Part shown: positions 37,234 through 48,231 of the stretch, piece by piece
Numbering within the stretch: the first letter of the stretch is position 1
Layout: every line of letters begins with the position of its first letter
Source of the DNA: Myxococcota bacterium
Lineage (GTDB): Bacteria; Myxococcota_A; Polyangia; Nannocystales; Nannocystaceae
NCBI GenBank assembly: GCA_039028615.1
Contig: JBCCHT010000002.1
Location: 1 to 64,000 of the forward strand
Direction: 5' to 3'
DNA length: 64,000 bases
Translations under genes and position numbers: made by a program
Notes under the pieces: generated by a model
What the model saw: the letters and a program-made list of their open reading frames with translations, nothing else
Databases searched by the model: none
Told to the model about the DNA's origin: nothing

Positions 37234-39050
37234 GACCGCTGCCCCCGCTCGACCAGCCAGGGCTGACCGCCGCCATGCTCGAGGTGCTCGGGGAAGCGCT
37301 CGGACATGACGCTGAGCACCAGGCGCTCGGCCTCGTCCACGTCGGGCGCGGCGAGGACTCGCTCGGCCAGCGCTTCCATCTCCTGGATGTCGGAGCTGCG
37401 GATGATGTTCTTGATCACGGGGATGGCCGAAGGATGCATGCTCAGCTCGCGAACACCAAGGCCCACCAACACCCATGTGAATCGGGGGTCGGCGGCCATC
37501 TCTCCGCACAGGCTCACGGGGACGCCCTGCTCCTTGCCCACGGCGGCGATGCTCTGGACCAGGCGCAGCACGGCCGGGTGCAGGGGTCGATACAGGTAGC
37601 CGACGTGGTCGTTGTCGCGATCGATCGCCAGCGTGTACTGGATCAGATCGTTCGTCCCGATGCTCATGAAATCGACGTGGGGCGCGAGACGATCGGCGAT
37701 GAGGGCCGCGGACGGCATCTCGATCATCGTGCCCACGGGGACGTCCTGGGCGTGGGCGATGCGAGCGTCCTCGAGCTGACGGCGGGCCTCGGCCACCGCG
37801 TCGAAGGCCTCGCGGAGCTCACTGACCCCGCTGATGAGCGGCATCATGATTCGCAGAGGCCCGTGCACCGCCGCCCGCAAGAGGCCACGGATCTGCGCCA
37901 GGAACATCTCGCGCTCGCGCAGCGCCAGCCGCAGCGAGCGAAGTCCCATCGCCGGATTGCGCTCGCGCTCGTTGAAGTTGATGAGCTTGGTGGGCTTGTC
38001 CGAGCCGAGGTCGAAGGTCCGAAACACCACGGGATAGGGCGCGACGCGGCGCAGCACCATCTTGGCGAGGCGATAGTGCTCCTCCTCGGTGGGCGGCACG
38101 TCGCGCTCCATGAACATGAACTCGGTGCGATAAAGGCCCACGCCTTCCGCCCCGTGGAACAGGGCGGAGCCGATCTCGGCCTCGAGCGCCACATTGGCCC
38201 GCAGGGTGATGTGGGTGCCGTCGCGAGCGGTGGCGGGCAGGCCGTGCTCGCGCTGCACCCGGTCCTCGAACTGCTCGTAGCGGTCGCGAATCTCCTCCCA
38301 CTGGGCGAGCTCGGCCGGCCGCGGGCGCACCACCACCACGCCGTGAATCGCGTCGACGATGACCGTGTCACCGTCCTGCACGGTGGCGTCGATGTCGTCG
38401 ATGCCGACCACCGCCGGGATTTCCATCGAGCGAGCAATGATCGCGCTATGGGAGGTCTGGCCGCCGCCGGCCATCACCATGCCCACCACCTCGGTGCGCG
38501 CCAGCTCGGCCGTGTCGGCGGGCGACAGGTCGTGGGCCACCACCACCGCCCCGGCCGGCGGCCGAATCTGCTCCGGGTGCTCGCCTCGCAGCGTCAGCAG
38601 CACGCGATCGGCCAGGAAGGTGATGTCGCTGCTGCGCTCGCGGAAGTACTGGTCGTCGGCCCGCTGCAGGGTGGCCACGATCTCGTCGGTGGCCTTCGCC
38701 AGCGCCCACTCGGCGCAGAGCTGGGCCTCGCGGATCGTCTGCTCCACGCCCCCGGTCAGGTCGGGGTCGCGCAGCATGAGCTGCTGCGCCTTGAGGATCT
38801 GGCGGTGCTCACCGTGGGGCAGCCGCGACTTGATCTGCTCGAGCTGGGCCTGGGTCTCGCGCAGCGCCTTGCGAAAGCGCCGAACCTCGGCATCGAGCTC
38901 GGTCTTGTCGACCGTGCGGTGCGGGACGTGAATCCTTCGCCGGTCGACGACGTAGGCCGGCCCGATGGCGACGCCAGGGCTGGCCGCGATGCCGGTACGC
39001 TGGTCCCTGCCGCTCCCGTCGTCGCGTCGTTCGTCGGGCGACTTGCTCAC
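37230..39050 (-). CDS. ptsI: Phosphoenolpyruvate-protein phosphotransferase (PTS enzyme I)
   Basis: GIAASPGVAIG, GGQTSHSAI (phospho-His), GVGLYRTEF, NPAMGLR, SIGTNDLIQY, LCGEMA. Confidence 0.95.
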   Translation of the reverse strand: MSKSPDERRDDGSGRDQRTGIAASPGVAIGPAYVVDRRRIHVPHRTVDKTELDAEVRRFRKALRETQAQLEQIKSRLPHGEHRQILKAQQLMLRDPDLTGGVEQTIREAQLCAEWALAKATDEIVATLQRADDQYFRERSSDITFLADRVLLTLRGEHPEQIRPPAGAVVVAHDLSPADTAELARTEVVGMVMAGGGQTSHSAIIARSMEIPAVVGIDDIDATVQDGDTVIVDAIHGVVVVRPRPAELAQWEEIRDRYEQFEDRVQREHGLPATARDGTHITLRANVALEAEIGSALFHGAEGVGLYRTEFMFMERDVPPTEEEHYRLAKMVLRRVAPYPVVFRTFDLGSDKPTKLINFNERERNPAMGLRSLRLALREREMFLAQIRGLLRAAVHGPLRIMMPLISGVSELREAFDAVAEARRQLEDARIAHAQDVPVGTMIEMPSAALIADRLAPHVDFMSIGTNDLIQYTLAIDRDNDHVGYLYRPLHPAVLRLVQSIAAVGKEQGVPVSLCGEMAADPRFTWVLVGLGVRELSMHPSAIPVIKNIIRSSDIQEMEALAERVLAAPDVDEAERLVLSVMSERFPEHLEHGGGQPWLVERGQRS

Positions 39051-39322
39051 ATCTCCCCGAAACCGTCACGCACCAGGTCGCCAATGGCCTTGTAGGCCTC
39101 GGCCCCCTGCGGCCCGTCGCAGCGCACGTGGATCGTGCTGCCCTTGGCGCAGGCGAGCATCAGCACCCCGAGGATGCTCTTGCCGTTGACCTCGCGCCCC
39201 TCGTGCGCCACGAACACGCCCGCATCGTAGGAGTTGGCGACCTTGACCAGCTTGCTGGCGGCCCGAGCATGCAATCCCAGGTCGTTGATGATGTCGAGAT
39301 CACCTTCGGTTTCGTTGCTCAT
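39047..39322 (-). CDS. ptsH: Phosphocarrier protein HPr
   Basis: GLHARAA (His15) and NGKSILGVLML (Ser46). Confidence 0.95.
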   Translation of the reverse strand: MSNETEGDLDIINDLGLHARAASKLVKVANSYDAGVFVAHEGREVNGKSILGVLMLACAKGSTIHVRCDGPQGAEAYKAIGDLVRDGFGEM

Positions 39323-39325
39323 GAT

Positions 39326-39745
39326 TCAGGTCTCCGATCCCTTGCTCTTGATCTGTACCGCCCGACGACCCGAGTCGGCACAGGCTTCCGCGATGGCCGG
39401 AAGCTCCAGGGTGCCGCGATCGAGAGCCGCGAGCTTGAGCAGGATGGCGAGGTTGAGTCCGCTCAGGGTGGTCACCCGGCGGCTACCCGCCTGCAGCTGA
39501 GCGCAGCTGCAGGGGCTGGCGCCCCACAGGTCGACCACCACCAGCACACCGCGCCCGGCATCGGCCTGCTCGAGCACGTCGCACAGCTCTTCGCCCAGCC
39601 GCGGGGTCTCGCCCCGACCCGCGTCGACGGCGATGATGCCTCCCAGCGCGTCGGGGCCCACGATGCCCTCGGCGGCCGCGAGCAGCTCGCTCGCGGTGCG
39701 CCCGTGGCCCACCAGCACCACCCCGACCTCGGCTGCGTCGGTCAC
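39326..39745 (-). CDS. PTS EIIA component, mannose/fructose family
   Basis: GVVLVGHG, GVLVVVDLWGASP, SGLNLAIL. Confidence 0.88.
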   Translation of the reverse strand: MTDAAEVGVVLVGHGRTASELLAAAEGIVGPDALGGIIAVDAGRGETPRLGEELCDVLEQADAGRGVLVVVDLWGASPCSCAQLQAGSRRVTTLSGLNLAILLKLAALDRGTLELPAIAEACADSGRRAVQIKSKGSET

Positions 39746-40605
39746 GGGGTCGTCCCCACGTCGCGGTGTCGAACGAGCAGGCGCGCGGGCCAGTCTCCGT
39801 CCTTGGGCGGCACGTCGAGCCGTTTCTTGAGCGCCTCGACCAGCGCCACCGAGCGGTGCTGCCCGCCCGTGCAGCCCACGGCCACGGTGAGATACGAGCG
39901 GCCTTCGGCCACGACCCGCGGGACCATGAAGCGCACCAGCGACTCGGCCCGCTCGAGCAGAGCGGTCGCGTCGTCTTGCTCGAGCACGTAGCGCGAGACG
40001 GGCTCGTGCAGCCCGGACAGCGGCCGCAGCTCGTCGACCTCGAAGGGGTTGCGCAAGAACCTCGCGTCGAGCACGAGGTCGGCCTCGGGGGGCACGCCGC
40101 CGCGGAAGCCGAACGAGACCAGCGCCACCCGCAGACGACCCCGGCTCCCGCCGCCGTAGCGATCGCGGGCCAGCTGTCGCAGCTGCCGGGCGTTGAGCTG
40201 GGTGGTGTCGATGGTCAGCGCCGCCTTGGCGCGAATGGGCGCCAACAGCTCGCGCTCGCGATCGATCGCGTCGGGCAGCTGCCCCATCGGGTGCAGGCGC
40301 CGCGTGGTGGAGTAGCGCCGCACCAGCGCGGAGTTGCCCGCCTCGACGAAGAGCACCTCGACCCGCAGCCCGCCTTCGACCAGCTCGCGGTGAACGTCGG
40401 CGAAGCGCGCGAGATACTGCTGATCGCGAGCGTCGATGCCCACCGCGACCGGGCGCGAGTCGTCGGAGCTCCGCACCATCTGCACGAGCTGAGGAACCAG
40501 AGGCACGGGCACGTTGTCCGTGCAGTGCATTCCCACATCTTCCAGAGCGCGCAGCACGGTGGACTTGCCACCGCCGCTGAGGCCCGAGACCACGAGCAAG
40601 TCCAT
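39742..40605 (-). CDS. rapZ: RNase adapter RapZ (P-loop NTPase)
   Basis: VSGLSGGGKS, DNVP, RRYSTTRRLHP, SFGFRGG, DARFLRNP, GCTGGQHRSV, HRD. Confidence 0.95.
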   Translation of the reverse strand: MDLLVVSGLSGGGKSTVLRALEDVGMHCTDNVPVPLVPQLVQMVRSSDDSRPVAVGIDARDQQYLARFADVHRELVEGGLRVEVLFVEAGNSALVRRYSTTRRLHPMGQLPDAIDRERELLAPIRAKAALTIDTTQLNARQLRQLARDRYGGGSRGRLRVALVSFGFRGGVPPEADLVLDARFLRNPFEVDELRPLSGLHEPVSRYVLEQDDATALLERAESLVRFMVPRVVAEGRSYLTVAVGCTGGQHRSVALVEALKKRLDVPPKDGDWPARLLVRHRDVGTTP

Positions 40606-41625
40606 TTACTCGACCTCCGTCACAAGGATTGCCTGGCTTGTACTACGGGACACGGACTCGGGCACGTCGCCCTGCACATCGCCCAGGCGGGCCTTGATTC
40701 GGGCGTTGACCTTGTCTTGGAAGGCCCGGGCCGAGTCGTGGCCGCGGAACTTGAGCAGCTGGTTGCGGGCCACCACCTCGATGAGCGAGGCGATGTTGCG
40801 GCCCGGTCGCAGGGGAATGCGCACCAGCGGGATGTCGACCGAGAGGATCGGCCACACCTGGGCCTCGGTGCCGAGGCGATCGTAATCGCCCTCCTCGACG
40901 TCGGACAGCTCGACCACCACCTCGATCTTCTTGGTGTCGCGGACCGCCGCGACGCCGAACAAGTGCGTGATGTTCAAGATCCCCATGCCGCGGATCTCCA
41001 TGTGGTGCTGGTGTAGATCGGTGGCCGCTCCCCAGACGGTGTCGGGGGGCCGCACGGTGACCTCGACCAGGTCGTCGGCCACGAGGCGGTGCCCCTTGAG
41101 CACCAGGTCGAGCGCGGCCTCGCTCTTGCCCACGCCGCTGCGCCCGATGAGCAACAACCCCACGCCGAGCACGTCGACCAGCACGCCGTGGATGTTCGCC
41201 GTGGGCGACAGCAGGTCCTCGAGCACCCGGGTGACCCGCGAGATGAACGTGGAGGTCATCAGGGTCGTGCCGAGCACGGGGATCTCGTGCCGCTTCGCCG
41301 CCTCGAGCAGCATCTCGGGCGGCTCGAGGCCACGGGTGACCACCATCGCGCACACGCCCTTGGCCGCGAACGCCTCGAGCCCCGCCTCGACCTGCTCGGC
41401 CGGCGTGGACAGGATGTAGTCGATCTCCGTCAGCCCCAGCACCTGGAGCCGGTCGGAGTACACGTGCTTGACGAAGCCGCTGAGAGCGAGCCCCGGTTTT
41501 TGGATGCGGGGGCGTGCGATGGAGCGATCGTGGCCGCCCCAGGTCGAGAACTCACTCAGACCTAGCGCGGCGCTGTCATTGCTCTGGAGCAGCTTCCCGA
41601 CGTCGACCGACAGTTCCCTGCGCAT
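40606..41625 (-). CDS. hprK: HPr(Ser) kinase/phosphorylase
   Basis: QKPGLALSGF, HGVLVDVLGVG, GRSGVGKSE, GHRLVADD, HMEIRGMGI, PGRNIA. Confidence 0.95.
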   Translation of the reverse strand: MRRELSVDVGKLLQSNDSAALGLSEFSTWGGHDRSIARPRIQKPGLALSGFVKHVYSDRLQVLGLTEIDYILSTPAEQVEAGLEAFAAKGVCAMVVTRGLEPPEMLLEAAKRHEIPVLGTTLMTSTFISRVTRVLEDLLSPTANIHGVLVDVLGVGLLLIGRSGVGKSEAALDLVLKGHRLVADDLVEVTVRPPDTVWGAATDLHQHHMEIRGMGILNITHLFGVAAVRDTKKIEVVVELSDVEEGDYDRLGTEAQVWPILSVDIPLVRIPLRPGRNIASLIEVVARNQLLKFRGHDSARAFQDKVNARIKARLGDVQGDVPESVSRSTSQAILVTEVE

Positions 41626-41685
41626 TGTCTTCGCCTTCGCCTGTTCGCAGTGGGGGTCCGTGCGGCGGCCGTCGGTGAGCGAGCC

Positions 41686-43176
41686 TCAGAACAAGCGCCG
41701 TCGCTTGCTGCTGGAGAGTATCCCGAGCTGCTCGCGATACTTGGCCACCGTGCGCCGTGCGATGTCGATTCCGTCGCCCTTGAGCAGCTCGACCAGCTTC
41801 TGGTCGCTGTAGGGGCGGCGCTGCTCTTCGTGGTCGATGAGCTGCTTGATCTTGGTCTTGACGGCTTCGGAGGCGAGCTCTTCGCCGTTGCTGCGGCTGA
41901 TGCCCGCGTTGAAGAAGTACTTGAGCTCGAAGATGCCCTGCGGGGTATGCACGTACTTGTTGGTCGTGACCCGGCTGACCGTCGACTCGTGCATCTGGAT
42001 GTCTTCGGCGACGTCCTTGAGGATGAGCGGGCGGAGGAACTCGACGCCCTTGTCGAAGAACTCGCGCTGGAACTTCAGGATGCTCTTCGCGACCTTGAGG
42101 ATGGTGCGCTGCCGCTGCTGGATGCTGCGGATGAGCCACTGCGCGGAGCGCAAGCGCTCGGTGATGTACTCCTTGGCCTCGCGGCTCTGCCCGATGGCCC
42201 CGCGGTAGAACCCGCTGATCTTGAGCTTGGGCAGCCCGTCGTCGTTGAGGGTCACCACGTACTCGTCGCCGATCTTCTGGATGTAGACGTCGGGGACGAT
42301 GTAGTGCGGCTCCTCGGAGGCGTAGGCCCGAGCCGGCCGCGGCTCGAGGCTCATGATGACCTTGGCCGCCTCGTAGACCTCTTCGAGCGGCTCGTCCATG
42401 TCGCGGGCGATGGCCGGATAGGCGTTGCGCTCGAGCTTGTCGAGGTGCTTGCAGACCATGCCCCGCACCAACGGGTCTTCGATGGGCGCGTCGGGGTGGT
42501 TGACCTGGATCCACAGCGCCTCGGCCAGGTTGCGGGCCGACACGGAGATGGGGTCGAGGTTCTGAATCTTGCGCAGCACCTGCTCGACGCGCATCACGGA
42601 GTACCCGGAGCGCTTGGCGATCTGCGGCACGCTCACGTCGCGCAGGTAGCCCGCGGAGGTGAGGCTCTGGATGACGTACTCGGCGATATCCTCTTCGATG
42701 GGGCCGAAGCCGGTCAGCCGCACCTGCCACTCGAGATGCTCGGCCAAGGTCTCGGGCCGCGAGGCGGTGGCCTCGAGCGAGGGCATGTCCTCGTTCTCGA
42801 CCCGCACGCCCGGCCCGGTGGTGGGCGCGTAGCTGTTGTTCTCGAGGTAGGCCTCCCAGTCGAAGTTGTCCTTGGGACCGTCGTCGACCTTGAGCTCGGC
42901 CTGGGCCTGCTGCTCGGTCTGGCGAGCGGCGCCCTCGTCCGCCTCGGCGCGGTTCATCTCGAGGCTGTCCTGCATCTCCACCGAAGAGACGGGCTCTTCG
43001 GTGCCGGACCCGAGTTCCTGCGACTCGTCGAGCAGCGGGTTTTCGAGCAGCTCGCCCCGCACCAGATCTTGGAGCTCGATCCGCGAGAGCTGAAGCAGCT
43101 TGATCGCCTGCTGGAGCTGCGGCGTCATGACGAGCTGCTGGCTCATCCGCAGCTCTTGCCGCATGTTCAATGCCAT
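41686..43176 (-). CDS. rpoN: RNA polymerase sigma-54 factor
   Basis: QQLVMTPQLQQAIKLLQ, ENPLL, HESTVSRVT, RpoN box ARRTVAKYRE. Confidence 0.97.
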   Translation of the reverse strand: MALNMRQELRMSQQLVMTPQLQQAIKLLQLSRIELQDLVRGELLENPLLDESQELGSGTEEPVSSVEMQDSLEMNRAEADEGAARQTEQQAQAELKVDDGPKDNFDWEAYLENNSYAPTTGPGVRVENEDMPSLEATASRPETLAEHLEWQVRLTGFGPIEEDIAEYVIQSLTSAGYLRDVSVPQIAKRSGYSVMRVEQVLRKIQNLDPISVSARNLAEALWIQVNHPDAPIEDPLVRGMVCKHLDKLERNAYPAIARDMDEPLEEVYEAAKVIMSLEPRPARAYASEEPHYIVPDVYIQKIGDEYVVTLNDDGLPKLKISGFYRGAIGQSREAKEYITERLRSAQWLIRSIQQRQRTILKVAKSILKFQREFFDKGVEFLRPLILKDVAEDIQMHESTVSRVTTNKYVHTPQGIFELKYFFNAGISRSNGEELASEAVKTKIKQLIDHEEQRRPYSDQKLVELLKGDGIDIARRTVAKYREQLGILSSSKRRRLF

Positions 43177-43334
43177 GGCGTGGATCGACTCTCCTCGAAA
43201 ACGAGTACGAGCACGATACCACCCCGGCCAGGCGCCGCCAAAGGCTCCTGCTAGGGCATACACGCCGGCCTAATGCGGAACGACGCGCGATTGATGGGTG
43301 TGGGGGGCTCGCCCCCCGCGACCCGGCGCTTGCG

Positions 43335-44999
<1,665 letters not shown>

Positions 45000-45100
45000 C
45001 TACGCCCGCCGGCACCCGGGAGCGCACGCTACCACGGGCGAGCGCCGGGGACTGCTCCCAATCGTCGCTCGGGCCCGATCAGGCGGGTGAGGTCGCTCCT

Positions 45101-46636
45101 TCAGCCGCGCCAACGCGCGGATTCTCTCCAGGCGCGTCCTTCGTCGGGTCGACCGTCGTGGGACCCCGTAGCCGTTGGGGCACTTCGGGTCAGTCGAGCT
45201 GCCCGCACGGCCGCCGCCGCCGCGACCGCGATCGCCTTGGGATCGTCGGCGTCGCGCGTGGGCGGTGCAGTGAGTTCCGGGTGCAGGTCGATATACCGGG
45301 TCGTGACCTTGCCCCCCTCGACGAAGTCGGGCTCGGTCAAGATCTTCAAGTGCAGCGGGATGTTGGTCGGGATCCCGAGCAGCACCGTGTCCTTGAGCGC
45401 GCTGTGCATGCGAGCGATGGCCGCATTGCGGTTGGGCCCCCACGTCGTGACCTTGGCGATCATCGGATCGTAGTGGGTCGAGACTTCGCTGCCATCGCGG
45501 ACCGCGGTGTCGATGCGGAGGTTCGAGCCCTCGGGCCAGCGGATGCGATGGATCGGCCCCGGGCGCGGCAGGAACGACTGCGGGTCCTCGGCGTAGACCC
45601 GGCACTCGACCGCGTGCCCGCTGAAGGTCACGTCGTCCTGGCTGTAGCCGAGCGGCTCGCCCGCGGCGACGCGGAGCTGGTCCAGGACGAGGTCTCGTCC
45701 CGTGATCGCCTCGGTCACCGGGTGCTCCACCTGCAGCCGAGTGTTCATCTCGAGGAAGTAAAAGCGCGGCCCCTTCGGGGTCTCCTCGAACAGAAACTCC
45801 ACCGTGCCCGCGCTGCGGTAGCCCACCGCCCGCGCGGCCTTGGTCGCCACGTCGCCCATCTGCTGGCGAATCTCGGGCGACATCTGGTGGCTGGGGGACG
45901 GCGACTCTTCGATGACCTTCTGGTGGCGCCGCTGCACGGAGCAGTCGCGCTCGCCCAGGTGCACCACGTTGCCGTGGGCATCGGCCATCACCTGGATCTC
46001 GACGTGGCGGGCGGCCATCACCGCGCGCTCGATGAAGATGCGGTCGTCGCCGAAGGAGGCCAGCGCCTCGCGGGCCGCTCCCTCGAAGGCCCGCGGCAGC
46101 TCGGCCTCGTCGTGCACGACTCGCATGCCCTTGCCGCCACCACCGGCCGATGCCTTGACCATCAGCGGAAAGCCGATGTCCGCCGCCACTTTCTGGGCCG
46201 CAGCGACGTCGTTGATATCGTCGGCCCCGGGCACGACCGGCACCCCGGCGTCGATCATGGCGCGGCGAGCCATGACCTTGTCGCCCATGACCACCATGGC
46301 TTTGGCGGGCGGGCCCACGAAGGTGATGCCCGCCTTCTCGCAGGCCTCGACCAGCTCGGGCCGCTCGCTCAAGAAGCCGTAGCCGGGGTGGATCGCATCG
46401 GCGCCGCTTTGGAGCGCGGCCTCGATGATCTTGTCGGTGACCAGGTAGCTCTCGCGTGCCGCGGCTGGCCCGATGCAGTAGGCCTCGTCGGCGTCGAGCA
46501 CATGGGGCGAGCCTCGATCGGCCTCGCTGTAGACCGCGACGGTCCCGATCCCGTGCTCACGGCAGGTACGAAATACGCGGCGAGCAATCTCGCCGCGATT
46601 GGCAACCAAGACCTTACGAAACAGAGGAGAACTCAT
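45101..46636 (-). CDS. accC: Biotin carboxylase subunit of an acyl-CoA carboxylase (no fused biotinyl domain)
   Basis: VANRGEIA, HPGYGFLSE, GGGGKGMR, ERDCSVQRRHQK, EMNTRLQVEHPVTE, YDPMIAK. Confidence 0.88.
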   Translation of the reverse strand: MSSPLFRKVLVANRGEIARRVFRTCREHGIGTVAVYSEADRGSPHVLDADEAYCIGPAAARESYLVTDKIIEAALQSGADAIHPGYGFLSERPELVEACEKAGITFVGPPAKAMVVMGDKVMARRAMIDAGVPVVPGADDINDVAAAQKVAADIGFPLMVKASAGGGGKGMRVVHDEAELPRAFEGAAREALASFGDDRIFIERAVMAARHVEIQVMADAHGNVVHLGERDCSVQRRHQKVIEESPSPSHQMSPEIRQQMGDVATKAARAVGYRSAGTVEFLFEETPKGPRFYFLEMNTRLQVEHPVTEAITGRDLVLDQLRVAAGEPLGYSQDDVTFSGHAVECRVYAEDPQSFLPRPGPIHRIRWPEGSNLRIDTAVRDGSEVSTHYDPMIAKVTTWGPNRNAAIARMHSALKDTVLLGIPTNIPLHLKILTEPDFVEGGKVTTRYIDLHPELTAPPTRDADDPKAIAVAAAAAVRAARLTRSAPTATGSHDGRPDEGRAWRESARWRG

Positions 46637-46720
46637 GCGCCGGGCGCAGGTGTACCAGACCTGACGCCCGCCGTGGCCTCCGCCGGAAGTGACGAAGCAA
46701 CGGGTGTGAAGCCCGTTGCC

Positions 46721-47257
46721 CTACGGAGCGGCTTCGCCGTCTTCGCTCGCGAGGTCGTCCTCGCCCTCGAAGGCTTCGCCGTTCTCGTCGGTCTCGGTGA
46801 AGCCCTCGCCCGTGCCTTCGGCGGCCTCGCCATCGGCGTCGTCCGGGTTGGCCTCGGCGTTCTTCTTGGCCTGCTTGTTCAGCGCCTCGGGATCCGCCTG
46901 CAGCTCCTCGACGTCGCCGTCCGCTTCGTCGTCGTCGTCGTCGTCGTCGTCGAGATCTTCGTCTTCGAGGGCACGCAGCGATGCCGCCTCGAGGAAGGTG
47001 TGCTCGCTGGTCGTGACCCGAAGCTGACGGCGCTGCTCCTCGATGAAGTCGACCATGGTGCTGGCGACTTCCTCTTTGTAGCGAACGCGATCACCGGCCA
47101 CCTCGCGCAGCGCGGTGACCCCCTCTTTGTTGTCACACTCGACCATCGCGCGGCCGCGGCCCTCGCTGAGCGCGCGGGCGCGCCGAGATGCGAGAATCGT
47201 GAGCGCGAACCGGTTGGGAACGCGGGCGAGGCAGTCTTCGACCGTGACGCGAGCCAT
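46721..47257 (-). CDS. rpoZ: RNA polymerase omega subunit with long acidic C-terminal extension
   Basis: MARVTVEDCL..VPNRFAL..ASRRAR...NK..VTALREVA, followed by a D/E-rich tail of about 80 aa. Confidence 0.92.
   Translation of the reverse strand: MARVTVEDCLARVPNRFALTILASRRARALSEGRGRAMVECDNKEGVTALREVAGDRVRYKEEVASTMVDFIEEQRRQLRVTTSEHTFLEAASLRALEDEDLDDDDDDDDEADGDVEELQADPEALNKQAKKNAEANPDDADGEAAEGTGEGFTETDENGEAFEGEDDLASEDGEAAP
46928..46951 (-). repeat. (GAC)8 trinucleotide repeat encoding poly-Asp in the rpoZ tail
   Basis: gtc repeated 8 times on the plus strand. Confidence 0.85.
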
Positions 47258-47396
47258 GAGGCGCGGAGTATGGGTGCGAGCGCGCTTCGGCGCAAGCCCT
47301 ACGACGAGCGCCCCCGCGCCCGTCTGAGGGGCACATCGGGGACGCGCGATGAACGCAGCCTCGCGAGACCCGCGGTCTACGCGGGCCGGGAAGCCA

Positions 47397-47828
47397 CTAC
47401 ATCTCGACGAGGATTCGCTGGCCGCGCTCGCGCAGCTCCAGGCTGTCCTGGACCCACTTGATGAACTGCTTGGCCATGTCGCGCTGGAACTGGAACACGT
47501 CGGCCAGCTCGAGCAGCGCGTCCATCTCTCCCTCGACCAGCTTGTTGTCGGCCATCGCCGCGCAAACCGCTTGGTAATAAAGGAAGATGCGAGCTTCGCG
47601 GTGCTTGACCGCATGGGCCACGCTCAGCAGGTCGCCCGGCTCACCGAACTCCTTGCGAACGGCGTCGCGCTCCTCGGGCAGCAACATCATCTGCCCCATC
47701 AGCTCTTCGACGAAATGCCGCTCGCTGTCGGACACTTGGTTGTCGCGGGACGCCATGATGGCCACGGCGCGCGCCACTGCCACTTGCTCCTCGGGGGTGA
47801 TGAGCTCTCCGATGGGAAAATCGAGCAT
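47397..47828 (-). CDS. TerB-family (tellurite-resistance B-like) protein
   Basis: Duplicated motif MASRDNQVSDSER / AMADNKLVEGE typical of the TerB fold; start at MLDFP. Confidence 0.7.
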   Translation of the reverse strand: MLDFPIGELITPEEQVAVARAVAIMASRDNQVSDSERHFVEELMGQMMLLPEERDAVRKEFGEPGDLLSVAHAVKHREARIFLYYQAVCAAMADNKLVEGEMDALLELADVFQFQRDMAKQFIKWVQDSLELRERGQRILVEM

Positions 47829-47922
47829 GGTGGGAATCCGAGGCCGGACGATACCCCAAAAGCGGGTCGGGGGCACCCTGCCGGCGCCGACCGCCCGTGT
47901 GACCCCCCTTGCGGGCCGTTGC

Positions 47923-47952
47923 TTGACACCCCGCGAAGGCCGAGGGCAATAA
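47923..47952 (+). promoter_or_regulatory. Candidate sigma70 promoter for the riboswitch/btu transcript
   Basis: Perfect TTGACA at 47923 with an AT-rich CAATAA 18 nt downstream; the -10 match is weak. Confidence 0.35.
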
Positions 47953-48004
47953 CGGATCGATCTCTGACAATCGAAGACGTGATTGGCGATGACGAACGTC
48001 CGTC

Positions 48005-48185
48005 CCCGCGGTCCAGCCGGCCGTGCCACGACGGATCTCGTCTTTGGGGAAGTTCGGGGCAGATCCGACGCGGCTCCCGCCACTGTAGACGGTGACGACG
48101 GTGCACTGACGCCACTGGACTCGTGAACGACGAGCCCGGGAAGGCGCACCCGAGGACGAACCGCGAGCCAGGAGACCTACGCGGT
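48005..48185 (+). promoter_or_regulatory. Cobalamin (B12) riboswitch
   Basis: GGGAAGTTCGGGGCAGATCCGACGCGGCTCCCGCCACTGTA, internal GCCACTGG...CCGGGAAGGC and B12-box GAGCCAGGAGACCT, directly upstream of a TonB-dependent receptor; boundaries approximate. Confidence 0.92.
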
Positions 48186-48231
48186 CACGTTGTCCCTGCC
48201 GAGACGGTGAGACGGGAGTCAACTCGCCATC

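Noticed and set aside
43302..43317. GGGGGG-CTCG-CCCCCC hairpin between pyrG and rpoN
   Set aside because: No U-tract on the coding strand, so not called a terminator; it may be a stability or processing hairpin.
47397..47828. TerB gene as part of a tellurite-resistance or defence island
   Set aside because: It is solitary, with no other ter genes, and sits among housekeeping genes.
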